Shown here: piece by piece, positions 9,497 through 18,109 of the stretch | Position numbering within the stretch: the stretch's first letter is position 1 | Layout of the letters: the number at the start of each line of letters is the position of its first letter | Virus record (IMG/VR): IMGVR_UViG_3300009826_000001 | Coordinates: 64,001-127,488 of that record | Direction: 5' to 3' (one strand) | DNA length: 63,488 bases | Origin: a virus | Lineage: Duplodnaviria > Heunggongvirae > Uroviricota > Caudoviricetes | Notes under the pieces: generated by a model | The model's database searches: none | What the model was told of the DNA's origin: nothing | Seen by the model: only the letters and a program-made list of their open reading frames with translations | Position numbers and translations under genes: made by a program

Positions 9497-10378
9497 ATGA
9501 GGGCCACGACGTCGGTCGCCTACGCCGGTTCAGACGAGTTCATCACGGCCGGCACGCCCGAGCACGCTCAGACCATCAGCCCGTCCAAGGTCGCGGCCAT
9601 CTGCGGGGTGAGCCGCTTCGAATCCCCTTACAGCCTGTGGTGCCGGATGAAGGGATGGACTGAGCCGATACCGCCCAACGACATCTTCGCGGTCGGCCAT
9701 GCTTTTGAGCCGGCCCTAGCAGCGCTGTGGAAGATCGAGAATCCGGGCTGGAAGCTGTCCAAGGGCGAGGTCCAGTACGTCACCGACAAGCTCGGCTTCC
9801 CGGCGGTGGCCACGCTGGACCGCCGCGCGGTGCGCGGCTCCAAGCGGCGCATCGTGGAGTTCAAGACCGCCCGGGACCTGTCCCTGTGGGGCGATCCCGA
9901 CCTGGACGGCGACTGCCCGGCCGACTACGCGCTGCAGGTGATCGCCCAGCAGGTCATCACCGGACTGGCCGAACCGGCGCACCTGATGGTGATGGGCCCG
10001 TTCTTCAAATGGCGCACCTACACGGTCTCCTACGACATCGAGGTCGCGTCCTGGATGCTGGAGAAGTGCCGGGCGTTCTACGCCAGCCTGCAGGCCGATG
10101 AGCCCCCGCCATTGGATAGCCATGTGGCGACCTACGCCAGCGTGCGCGAGCAACATCCCGACATCGAGGAGGGCCTGTCCGCAGAGATTCCCGCGGAGCT
10201 GGCGCGAGCGTGGCGCGAGCAGAGCCGGGTGGTCGAGGACGCCAACACCACCCTGCGCGGAGTGAAGGTCCGGGTGCTCAGCAACGTGCGCAACGCCCAA
10301 TACGTGACGTGTGACGGCCAGACGGTCGGCTCACGACGGCCGCATCGCAGCGGATCTGTGATGTTGGTGCTCAGATAA
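9497..10378 (+). CDS. YqaJ/RecE-like exonuclease
   Basis: ISPSKVAAICGVSRFESPYSLW, GHAFEP, ATLD, IVEFKT, YALQVIAQ; adjacent to RecT. Confidence 0.85.
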   Translation: MRATTSVAYAGSDEFITAGTPEHAQTISPSKVAAICGVSRFESPYSLWCRMKGWTEPIPPNDIFAVGHAFEPALAALWKIENPGWKLSKGEVQYVTDKLGFPAVATLDRRAVRGSKRRIVEFKTARDLSLWGDPDLDGDCPADYALQVIAQQVITGLAEPAHLMVMGPFFKWRTYTVSYDIEVASWMLEKCRAFYASLQADEPPPLDSHVATYASVREQHPDIEEGLSAEIPAELARAWREQSRVVEDANTTLRGVKVRVLSNVRNAQYVTCDGQTVGSRRPHRSGSVMLVLR

Positions 10379-10450
10379 CAAGAAAAAAGAAACCGGGTGG
10401 CCGAGGCGGGCAACCGTTACCACCCGGTTCACCAGAAAGGGTAAGAGGAA

Positions 10451-11395
10451 ATGTCCATCGAGCAAGCCAACCACGCCGAACCAGAAGTCATGGTGAGCCA
10501 GCCGGCCACCAAGATGCAGCTGCGGCTGCGCGCCGAGGTCGAAGCACTCAACGATGCCTACCGCTTCGCATCGGCGCTGAGCAAGACCCAGATGGTGCCG
10601 CGGGAGTACCAGCAGTCCTACATCCCCAAGAACGAGCGGGAGCCGCTCGGCGAGACGGCGATCCAGAACCTCGCCGCCGCGATCATGTACGGGATGGAGA
10701 TCGGCCTATCTGCGGTGCAGTCCGCGCAGAACGTCTTCGTCGTCCAGGGCCGTCCGGCCGTCTACGCGCGCACGATGGCCGGCCAGGTGCGCCAGGCCGG
10801 CTACGTCATCGAGCCGGTCGAGGAATCCGACGATCGGTGCGTCTGGAAGGCGCTGCGCGATGGTGCATGGGCGTTCTCGGAGTGGACGATGGACATGGCC
10901 ACCAAGGCGGGTTACACCACCAACGACATGTACCGCAAGAACCCGCGCGCCATGCTGCGTGCCAAGTGCATCGCCGACGTGTGCCGGATCAAATACCAGG
11001 ACATCCTCTTGGGGATGGCCTACACCGTCGAGGAGCTGCAGCTCGAGCACCAGACGATGACGCGCATCGAGCCCGCATCGGTGGTCAAGGGCCTGGCCAA
11101 GCTGCGCGAGCTGGCCAATAACGGCAACAAGAAGGTGGTTGAAGCCGAAGCCCCGCCCGAATCCGGGCAGGAACCCGAGCCTGAACCCGAGCCCGAAGCC
11201 GACGCACCGGCCGTGGGCGCCCAGCTGGCCGAGATCAAGAAGCTCTACAAGGCCCGCGGCTTCACCGCCAAGGACATGCTCGGCGACATGGCGCAGTACC
11301 TGTGCCGCGACGAGCCGCTGCGGGACTTTACCGAGCTGACCTACGGCGAGGCCGCCGATGTCATCAAGTACCTGACCACCCCGCCGTCGAAATGA
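10451..11395 (+). CDS. recT: RecT-like single-strand annealing protein
   Basis: AAIMYGMEIGL...VFVVQGRP, YRKNPRAML.AKC, LLGMAYTVEEL; follows the YqaJ gene. Confidence 0.8.
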   Translation: MSIEQANHAEPEVMVSQPATKMQLRLRAEVEALNDAYRFASALSKTQMVPREYQQSYIPKNEREPLGETAIQNLAAAIMYGMEIGLSAVQSAQNVFVVQGRPAVYARTMAGQVRQAGYVIEPVEESDDRCVWKALRDGAWAFSEWTMDMATKAGYTTNDMYRKNPRAMLRAKCIADVCRIKYQDILLGMAYTVEELQLEHQTMTRIEPASVVKGLAKLRELANNGNKKVVEAEAPPESGQEPEPEPEPEADAPAVGAQLAEIKKLYKARGFTAKDMLGDMAQYLCRDEPLRDFTELTYGEAADVIKYLTTPPSK

Positions 11396-11616
11396 CAGAC
11401 AAGGAGTTGCTGCAGTGCCTGATCTGCCGGCACCGTATCCGTGGCAACGTCTACGTCACCGAGGCGCAGCAGGTGGTCTGTCCGGTCTGCATAGGGCAGG
11501 CCCAGACGCACGCCCGGCTACACCCGGGCTGCCCGATTCCGGGTCACCTGGCGTCGGATCACTGGGCCAACTTGTGCTCCCAGGATGAAGCGCGGTCCAT
11601 CCTGACCCAGCAGTAA
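11392..11616 (+). CDS. Small Zn-finger hypothetical protein
   Basis: CLIC...CPVC; ATGA overlap with recT. Confidence 0.5.
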   Translation: MTDKELLQCLICRHRIRGNVYVTEAQQVVCPVCIGQAQTHARLHPGCPIPGHLASDHWANLCSQDEARSILTQQ

Positions 11617-11848
11617 GTACCGAAAGTTTACCCGCACGTCAATGTTAATACTAACAGTCTGGGGACAACTCTGTGCATAACGTGTTAGTGCAGGTGGGGA
11701 GTATTTTTTGACGCGCAACACGCCGGGAATAGCCTTGAGATCAGGTTTCGCCAAGGTTAACCTGACCCGATGCCACTAGCCGATCCGCGAGGGGAGGTGG
11801 TGTCTAACGAGGTAATTCCTTCTGGGCAAAGCGATGTGTGTTGCATGC

Positions 11849-11880
11849 AAGAGGCCACGGTTCTGACGCCGTGGCCTCTT
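11849..11880. terminator. 12-bp GC-rich hairpin (terminator/attenuator-like)
   Basis: AAGAGGCCACGG-N8-CCGTGGCCTCTT in an AT-rich intergenic region. Confidence 0.55.
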
Positions 11881-11955
11881 GTGCACAAATGACAATAAAG
11901 AGGTTATCTAATAGATGGGCACGATTCAAGGCGGGGCATATCAGGCGGTGTCCTG

Positions 11956-12804
11956 ATGCCCGATACACGACTTCCGGTCCGCTGGCTCAATGACCGCAGG
12001 ATTCAACGCTTATCGTCGCGCGCCTTCAAATCATTCATCTGTTCGCTCATCTGGTCGGTCGCTAATCGGACTGACGGCGTAATCGAGCCGGCCGACCTGT
12101 CCCTTATTCCAGGCTTTGAACTTGGTGACGAACTTGAGCTGTGCCTGTCAACCCTGTGGCTCCATGTCGAGACAGGGTGGTGCATCGACCAGTTCGAGGC
12201 CACCCAGACGAGCAAAGCTGAGCACGAGGCATTAGAGCATGCTCGGGCCTGTGGTCGTGTGCGTCAGGCCAAATATCGCGCCAAGCAGGCCGAACAACAG
12301 CGTAACGCTACGCCAAACGTCACGGGTGACGTTACGGATGACGTTAGCGACGTTACGGGTGACGTTACTGGTGACGCTACGACCGGCGTTACTACACAGG
12401 AAGGCAGGCAGGCTTCGCCTGCCTGCTCTGCAAAGGACATACACACACAAGCAACTACCCCAGCACTACCAACAGAACCTGGGGTTGCGTTACCGAGCAA
12501 GAAGACCGCGCGTGCGCGAGCAACTCGGCTGCCACAAGGGTGGGACCCTCCACGCAAGGTCATCGAGGAGATGCACGAAAGGTTTCCTGACCTGGACCTC
12601 AAGACCGAGCACGAGCTGTTCTGCAACTACTGGCACGCGAAGTCGGGCCAGGGCGCCACCAAGGTCGATTGGCTGTTGACCTGGCGGAACTGGATCATCA
12701 AGGCCGCACAGCAGGCACCACGGCAAAACGGTCACAACGGACACCAGCTCAATGGTGTCGACGAGAAGGCAGCAGGTTGGCAATCAAGAAAGGATCGCTC
12801 ATGA
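11956..12804 (+). CDS. Phage replication initiator (RepA/lambda-O-like)
   Basis: N-terminal WSVANRTDGVI pattern of actinophage Rep proteins; C-terminal RATRLP.GW...FCNYWHAKSG...KVDW..TWRNWI; internal VTGD repeats. Confidence 0.7.
   Translation: MPDTRLPVRWLNDRRIQRLSSRAFKSFICSLIWSVANRTDGVIEPADLSLIPGFELGDELELCLSTLWLHVETGWCIDQFEATQTSKAEHEALEHARACGRVRQAKYRAKQAEQQRNATPNVTGDVTDDVSDVTGDVTGDATTGVTTQEGRQASPACSAKDIHTQATTPALPTEPGVALPSKKTARARATRLPQGWDPPRKVIEEMHERFPDLDLKTEHELFCNYWHAKSGQGATKVDWLLTWRNWIIKAAQQAPRQNGHNGHQLNGVDEKAAGWQSRKDRS
12328..12392 (+). repeat. Six GACGTTAC-like direct repeats (candidate iterons) inside the rep gene
   Basis: Copies at 12328, 12340, 12349, 12361, 12373, 12385 (mostly 12-bp spacing). 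Confidence 0.6.
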
Positions 12805-13076
12805 CAATCGAATTCCCGTGGCTGCTGCAGAAATCAACAGGTAATCCCTGCGATCACTGCGGCGAGTCGATTGATAACGGCTTTTTGATATTCCAGCCCG
12901 TCGAGGCATTTCACGAATCACCGAATGGCGATTCGTTCCCGTGCAAGCATTGGCTTTGTCTGTCGTGCTGCTCGCGGATCGTCACGAAGTGGACCCGCGA
13001 CTCGGGTGTCGCCTACCGGCCCAGCCGCAAGGAGGACCGGCCGCACTACCAGAACCAGGAGGAACCGCCATTTTAA
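12801..13076 (+). CDS. Cys-rich hypothetical protein
   Basis: SD AAGGA; ATGA overlap; CDHC...CLSC. Confidence 0.55.
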   Translation: MTIEFPWLLQKSTGNPCDHCGESIDNGFLIFQPVEAFHESPNGDSFPCKHWLCLSCCSRIVTKWTRDSGVAYRPSRKEDRPHYQNQEEPPF

Positions 13077-13696
13077 GCCGCAACGACGTCCTTGACGCCA
13101 TCACCAAGTGTGTGGGCTATGACCCCGTGCGTGCACCCAAACAGTCCGAGATCATCGAAAACGCCTGGGCAGAGCACTTCGAGCAATTCCCGAACCTCAC
13201 TCGCACCGACCTGCTGGCCGCGGTCACGGAGTATTACCGGACACCGGGACAGCCGTGGCCGCAGCCGGCAGCGATCAGCTCGATCGCAGTGCTGCTCGCC
13301 GGCAGCCGGGCCGCGATCGAGGGAGCCCCTGAGAGGGACAACCTCGACGCCATCCAAAGCCTGTGCCGCGAAGCCCTGGGTGACGCGAAGTCCGGCGACG
13401 AACAGGCGCTGGCATGGCTGGTGCGCGAGTTCGACTACTACGGCCGCAGCGCGGTGCTGTGGGCGACCAAGCGCAAGATCGACTGGCGCAATACCAGCCT
13501 GGTGATGTCGGGTGGTCCGGTTCACGGTGACCGTGCCGGAGTGGGCGCGCAGAACAGCGGGGGCTGGCAGAACACGCGCCGGGTGCGAACGCCCGATTTC
13601 ATGATCCCTGAGCGGCATCGCGATGCGGTGAACAAGGAGCTGCGCAAGCTGCTCACCGAGGATGAGCGGTGGCAAGTGCTTGGAGATCCGGCATGA
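13070..13696 (+). CDS. Putative helicase-loader-like protein (possible ATT start)
   Basis: SRNDVLDAITKCVGYD...NAWAEHF...DLLAAVTEYY...WPQPAAI pattern seen after actinophage rep genes; AGGAGG 7 nt before ATT. Confidence 0.5.
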   Translation: MLSRNDVLDAITKCVGYDPVRAPKQSEIIENAWAEHFEQFPNLTRTDLLAAVTEYYRTPGQPWPQPAAISSIAVLLAGSRAAIEGAPERDNLDAIQSLCREALGDAKSGDEQALAWLVREFDYYGRSAVLWATKRKIDWRNTSLVMSGGPVHGDRAGVGAQNSGGWQNTRRVRTPDFMIPERHRDAVNKELRKLLTEDERWQVLGDPA

Positions 13697-14037
13697 CCGG
13701 CGCCGGATCTCTCAGGTGCACCTGGTGCGGGGCGCTGCCGGGAACGCCGTGCATGGTCCCGGCCGGCCCGGGCGCCAAGAAGAAACTTTTCCCGCGCGCA
13801 CCGCTGCGCCTGTCGAGTTACCACCCCAGCCGCATCGAGGCCGCAATGAAGCTGGATGGCGCCACAGAGGCCGAAATCGAGCAGCGGGTGACCGGAGTGC
13901 TCGGCGCGGCGGTCAACGCCGCCAGGGAGATCCTGGGGGATCGTAAACCCACGACCTACATCGCTGAGCCAGAGATCAAACCCACCGAGAAACCACAAGA
14001 ACCACAGGCACCGGAAGGAGAACCCACAGATGCCTGA
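13693..14037 (+). CDS. Zn-finger hypothetical protein
   Basis: CTWCGALPGTPC motif; ATGA overlap. Confidence 0.55.
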   Translation: MTGAGSLRCTWCGALPGTPCMVPAGPGAKKKLFPRAPLRLSSYHPSRIEAAMKLDGATEAEIEQRVTGVLGAAVNAAREILGDRKPTTYIAEPEIKPTEKPQEPQAPEGEPTDA

Positions 14038-14380
14038 TGTCACCCTTTCCGGCAAGCTTCCCGGCGGCAACGCCAATGGCCTGTCGCAGATCATCAAGTC
14101 GTTGATCGAGGAGCCCGATCGTGTCCATGCGCTGATGGTGCTGGTGTCCACGGCCAAGCTGGTGACCGAGGTGGATACCGGCGAGACTGTGCCGGCACTG
14201 CGCATCCGTCGCGTCGAGGTCATCCGCGACGAGGACTTGGCCCAGGCCCAAGGGCTCATCCTGCGCTCATGGGAGGAACGCAACGGCGGCCAGGTGTTGC
14301 CCCAGGATGTCGCTGACGAAGTCAGCCAGCTCGGTCTGGGACGTGAGATCGACCTGACGCCACCCGAGGTCGCCGAGTGA
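14030..14380 (+). CDS. Hypothetical protein
   Basis: SD AAGGAG; good codon bias. Confidence 0.6.
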   Translation: MPDVTLSGKLPGGNANGLSQIIKSLIEEPDRVHALMVLVSTAKLVTEVDTGETVPALRIRRVEVIRDEDLAQAQGLILRSWEERNGGQVLPQDVADEVSQLGLGREIDLTPPEVAE

Positions 14381-14655
14381 ACAAACACGACCCCGCCTAC
14401 GCCCAGTCCCTGCGTCTGGTCATGGGGCATCTCGTCGACCCGCACGACGCTGCACCGATCCAAGCGGTCATGGCCGACATCGAGCGCATCGTGGGTGACG
14501 GTTCCGGCAGTCACGAGAAGTTCGTCGGCTGCATCGTGCGGCTCATGCAGGCGCTCACCAGCGCCGCCGGTGCGTTCGCCCTGATCGCCTTCCGCAGCTC
14601 TGACGAGGCGACCAGAGTCCTGGCGCAGATGATCGACATGGAAATCTCGGCGTAG
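14377..14655 (+). CDS. Hypothetical protein
   Basis: GTGA overlap coupling. Confidence 0.5.
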   Translation: MNKHDPAYAQSLRLVMGHLVDPHDAAPIQAVMADIERIVGDGSGSHEKFVGCIVRLMQALTSAAGAFALIAFRSSDEATRVLAQMIDMEISA

Positions 14656-14657
14656 CC

Positions 14658-15647
14658 GTGTACTACCACGACGAGCAGATCACGCTGTATCACGGCGACG
14701 CGCTGGCGATCGCCCGGCAGCTGCCCGAGGACAGCGTGAACTGCATCTGCACCAGCCCGCCCTATTTCGGGCTGCGCAACTACGGCGACCCGGGCCAGTA
14801 CGGGCACGAGCCTTCCGTCGCCGAGTACGTCGAACGGCTGCGCGTGCTGTTCGCCGAGCTGCGCCGGGTGCTGGCCGACGACGGCACGGCGTGGCTCAAC
14901 ATCGGCGAGAGCTACGCGCGCAAGAACATGCTGGGGATTCCCTGGAGTGTGGCGCTCGCGCTCCAGGCCGATGGCTGGTTCCTGCGCAACGCGATCGTGT
15001 GGGAGAAGATCAAGACCGTGCCGGAGTCCGTGGTCGACCGGCTCTCCAACCGCTACGAGCACATCTTCCTGCTTTCCAAGGCCGCGAACTATTGGTTCGA
15101 TCTCGATCCGATCCGTGACGAGCGCAAGGACCCCAAGCCCGACGCCGGCTGGTCACAGTGGGACCAGCATCCCTACCAGCCCAGCGAACGGCTCAAGGGG
15201 ATGCCTGAGCGCAAGGCCAAGTGCCGGGAGCTGCTGAGCCAGGGTGTGGGCCAGGAGAAGGCGGCGGAGCTTGCGGGCGTCAGCAAGGGTGTGGCGTGGG
15301 AGCTGGCCAACGGCATCGAGCGCGGTATTCACAAGCGGTCGCGCAAGGCCACCGGCGACGTCAACCGCGGCACCAACCCCGGCGACGTGTGGAAAATCTG
15401 CACCGAGTCCGTGCCGGGTCACCCGGCGGTGTATCCGCTCGCACTGCCGGCGCGCTGCATCGTCGCCGGCTGTAAACCCGGCGGGACCGTGCTCGATCCG
15501 TTCTCCGGCTCGGGAACGACCGGCCTGGCGGCCCAGCAGCTCGGGCGCAGCTACATCGGCATCGACATCAACGCGCAATACCTCGACCTGTCGCTGCGCA
15601 CCCGGCTGGCCGGGCGGCTGATGGACTTCGGGGAGACGGGAGCCTGA
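14658..15647 (+). CDS. DNA N6-adenine/N4-cytosine methyltransferase (beta class) with HTH-like insertion
   Basis: TSPPYFGLRNY catalytic motif; VLDPFSGSGTTG SAM-binding motif; HPAVYP. Confidence 0.9.
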   Translation: MYYHDEQITLYHGDALAIARQLPEDSVNCICTSPPYFGLRNYGDPGQYGHEPSVAEYVERLRVLFAELRRVLADDGTAWLNIGESYARKNMLGIPWSVALALQADGWFLRNAIVWEKIKTVPESVVDRLSNRYEHIFLLSKAANYWFDLDPIRDERKDPKPDAGWSQWDQHPYQPSERLKGMPERKAKCRELLSQGVGQEKAAELAGVSKGVAWELANGIERGIHKRSRKATGDVNRGTNPGDVWKICTESVPGHPAVYPLALPARCIVAGCKPGGTVLDPFSGSGTTGLAAQQLGRSYIGIDINAQYLDLSLRTRLAGRLMDFGETGA

Positions 15648-15648
15648 C

Positions 15649-15867
15649 GTGGGCGGTGGCCTGAGAGTCAACATCAACGGCGGCGAGGACCAGGGTGGCG
15701 AGCCCACCGGCGAGTTCGAGGCGTTGCAGCGCGACGACGGCCTGTGGCGCTGGCGCTACGTGTCGCCCAACGGCGCGGAATACCTGGGCGCGGACTGGTA
15801 CAAATCTAAGTCCAGCGCGCTCAAGGCCGGTCGCGCGTGGCTCACCAAAAAGCAGAAGCGCCGGTGA
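15649..15867 (+). CDS. DUF1508/YegP-like small protein
   Basis: DGLWRWRYVSPNG...YKSKSSA pattern. Confidence 0.45.
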   Translation: MGGGLRVNINGGEDQGGEPTGEFEALQRDDGLWRWRYVSPNGAEYLGADWYKSKSSALKAGRAWLTKKQKRR

Positions 15868-15879
15868 TACGTTGCCCCA

Positions 15880-16410
15880 ATGCCGCGCCGGAAACGGTCC
15901 GTGGACAGCGACGAGGGCTGGGAGTTCATCATCCCGGAGCGAGTTCCTTTGCCGCTGGGCCGGCGCACCGTGCGGCCTCCCGTCGAGCCGATCTGCCCGG
16001 CCTGCTGCACTCCCGTTGACATTGCTGAGGGCGGCCGTATCGGGCCTCACAAGGACGCAGACGGCCGTTTATGCCCGATGGGTGCCGGAGGGCCAGGATG
16101 GACCGAGCAGGACAGCAGGGACGCTGTAGCGGGCCGCTCCGGCGGCATCTGCGAGTTCTGCCAGATGTGCTCGGCCCGCGACATGCACCACCGCAAGAGC
16201 CGGGGTGTGGGCGGTCCCTGGACGCCGGCCAACCTGCTGCACCTGTGCCGGGGATGTCATCGCCGGGCCACCGAGCACCCGGCCTGGGCGCGCGGCTTTG
16301 GCCTGGTGATCTGGCGCCGCGACGACCCGGCCAAGATTCCCGTAATTCGGGAGAACATGACGCGCTTCCAGCCCAGCGACGACGTAACGACGAGAGGACC
16401 CCGGGGGTGA
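15880..16410 (+). CDS. HNH endonuclease
   Basis: CEFC...HHRKSRGVGG...ANLLHLCRGCH. Confidence 0.8.
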   Translation: MPRRKRSVDSDEGWEFIIPERVPLPLGRRTVRPPVEPICPACCTPVDIAEGGRIGPHKDADGRLCPMGAGGPGWTEQDSRDAVAGRSGGICEFCQMCSARDMHHRKSRGVGGPWTPANLLHLCRGCHRRATEHPAWARGFGLVIWRRDDPAKIPVIRENMTRFQPSDDVTTRGPRG

Positions 16411-16619
16411 AGTTGCTGCTGCGCACGTTCTTTCTGGCGGCGGTGATCGCCAACGTCATCGCCTACATCACCACGCGTGACGTTGATAAACTGGTGGATG
16501 CCGGCCTGGTGTTCACGATCATGCTGTTGGTCGATGCTCTATGGAGGGCCCACGCTTTCAACACCCAATGCCTGCGACTGCTCGAACTCGAGCGATCCAA
16601 CGTCTGGGCCGACGATTAA
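16407..16619 (+). CDS. Two-TM membrane protein
   Basis: GTGA overlap; two hydrophobic segments. Confidence 0.5.
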   Translation: MKLLLRTFFLAAVIANVIAYITTRDVDKLVDAGLVFTIMLLVDALWRAHAFNTQCLRLLELERSNVWADD

Positions 16620-16682
16620 GACCATCGGCGGGCGCGTCAAACCGGGCTTTTACATGTCTGAGTTCACCGGCAAGGGCGGATC

Positions 16683-17018
16683 ATGACCCCCTCCTTTCGG
16701 GGAGAGTCCGTTCCTGCGCGCCCGCCGAACCCCCACATCGCCGATCGCGTCGAGATTCGCCACGAATGTGACTGCCCCAGCGCCACTGTGCGGCCCCGGG
16801 GCGGTCACCCCGAGCACGTCTTCACCGTGGACGGGGTCGACTTCCCCTGGTATATCACCGAGTCCGGCCCGAGCATCGCGCGCGTCTTCGATGACCTCTA
16901 CGAGATCACCGTCACGTTCTACGCGCACGAGGTGGACGCTAGCGGCGTCGACGTGATCGACGCACGATCCAGATCAGCGCCCACAGCAGAAACTTCCACC
17001 ACATCTAGTCATCCATGA
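16683..17018 (+). CDS. Hypothetical protein
   Basis: ORF with phage-like codon bias. Confidence 0.5.
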   Translation: MTPSFRGESVPARPPNPHIADRVEIRHECDCPSATVRPRGGHPEHVFTVDGVDFPWYITESGPSIARVFDDLYEITVTFYAHEVDASGVDVIDARSRSAPTAETSTTSSHP

Positions 17019-17238
17019 ACAGCAGCCGGGTGGCGCCCACCGGGCCGATCGCGATCATCTCGTTGATGTTGTCGTAGATCCCCAGGCGCAGCTGCTCGTC
17101 CCACCAGCGCAGCGCGACCATCCCATCGCTGAACACCACACCCTCGGCCACGGCCAGCTTGCCGTCGAGCACGAACCGGCGCATCGAACCGCGCTGGAAT
17201 TCCCTCAGTCGGCGTGCCACGTCCCCTCCGTAGACCAT
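17005..17238 (-). CDS. Hypothetical phage protein
   Basis: VAEGVVFSDGMVALRW motif recurrent in phage proteins; start uncertain. Confidence 0.5.
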   Translation of the reverse strand: MVYGGDVARRLREFQRGSMRRFVLDGKLAVAEGVVFSDGMVALRWWDEQLRLGIYDNINEMIAIGPVGATRLLFMDD

Positions 17239-17627
17239 GCGGTAGCCACGTTATCGGAGCCGGCCCGAAGTTCGACGCAGACAAGCTGGGTCAGCGGCAG
17301 GGCATGGATGGCACGACGCGCCAGCTCGCAGGCGATCGCCTCGGTGCTGGGCGGTCCCTCGATCACATAGTGCTTGAGCTTGTGCTCGCGCAGATAGGAC
17401 AGGAACTCATCGTCGCGGCCGACCAGGAAGCCATGGTCGAACAGCTCCGCGACCATCACCCGCAGGATGGCCTTGATCGCGTCGAACTCCATCGTGCCGT
17501 GCACGAAACTGAACACCGCACGGTAGGTGTGACCGTGCAGGTTGCCGCACTTAGCCGCCGAACCCGACAGCCCTAGCACGCGATGGCCCGCGGAGAAGTC
17601 GCAGCCCACCGACACCGTGACGGTCAC
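17205..17627 (-). CDS. queD: 6-carboxy-5,6,7,8-tetrahydropterin synthase (QueD/PTPS family)
   Basis: FSAGHR, KCGNLHGHTY, FDHGFL, PSTEAIA. Confidence 0.85.
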   Translation of the reverse strand: MTVTVSVGCDFSAGHRVLGLSGSAAKCGNLHGHTYRAVFSFVHGTMEFDAIKAILRVMVAELFDHGFLVGRDDEFLSYLREHKLKHYVIEGPPSTEAIACELARRAIHALPLTQLVCVELRAGSDNVATAWSTEGTWHAD

Positions 17628-17647
17628 GGCAAGCCACCGCGGCGAGG

Positions 17648-18109
17648 TTACTCGTCGTCGCCGGTGTCCTCGACGTCCTTGTGCTCTTTCTTATCCTTGT
17701 GCTCGCGCTTGCGGTCGTCGTCCTTGTCGGGCTTGTCCTTGTCCTTGTGCTCGCGCTTGCGGTCCTTGTCGTCATCCTTGTCAGGCTCGCGGTCCTTGTG
17801 CTCGCGCTTGCGGTCCTTGTCGTCCTTGTCGTCCTCGCGCTCCTTGTGCTCGCGCTCGGGCTTCTTGTCGTCGTCGACCGTCTCCTCACCGGCACCGTGC
17901 TTGCCGGGGAACTTGTCCTTGTCGGCGCGCTCGGAGCTGATCTTGGTGGTGTTGGTGGCCACCTCGGCATCGGCCCGGAAGCTGCCCTCGGCGGTGCTCT
18001 GGGACAGCTGAGGGTTGGCGCGGATGGTGCTCGGTGGCGGCGCGCTGGCCGTTGAACCGAGCGGGTTGGGGTTGCTCTGGGGAATGTTGAACGAGCGGTA
18101 CTGCGTCAT
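17648..18109 (-). CDS. Highly charged low-complexity (K/D/E/R/H repeat) protein
   Basis: SD AAGGGA before ATG 18109; repeated RKREHKD / DKDDD units. Confidence 0.65.
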   Translation of the reverse strand: MTQYRSFNIPQSNPNPLGSTASAPPPSTIRANPQLSQSTAEGSFRADAEVATNTTKISSERADKDKFPGKHGAGEETVDDDKKPEREHKEREDDKDDKDRKREHKDREPDKDDDKDRKREHKDKDKPDKDDDRKREHKDKKEHKDVEDTGDDE

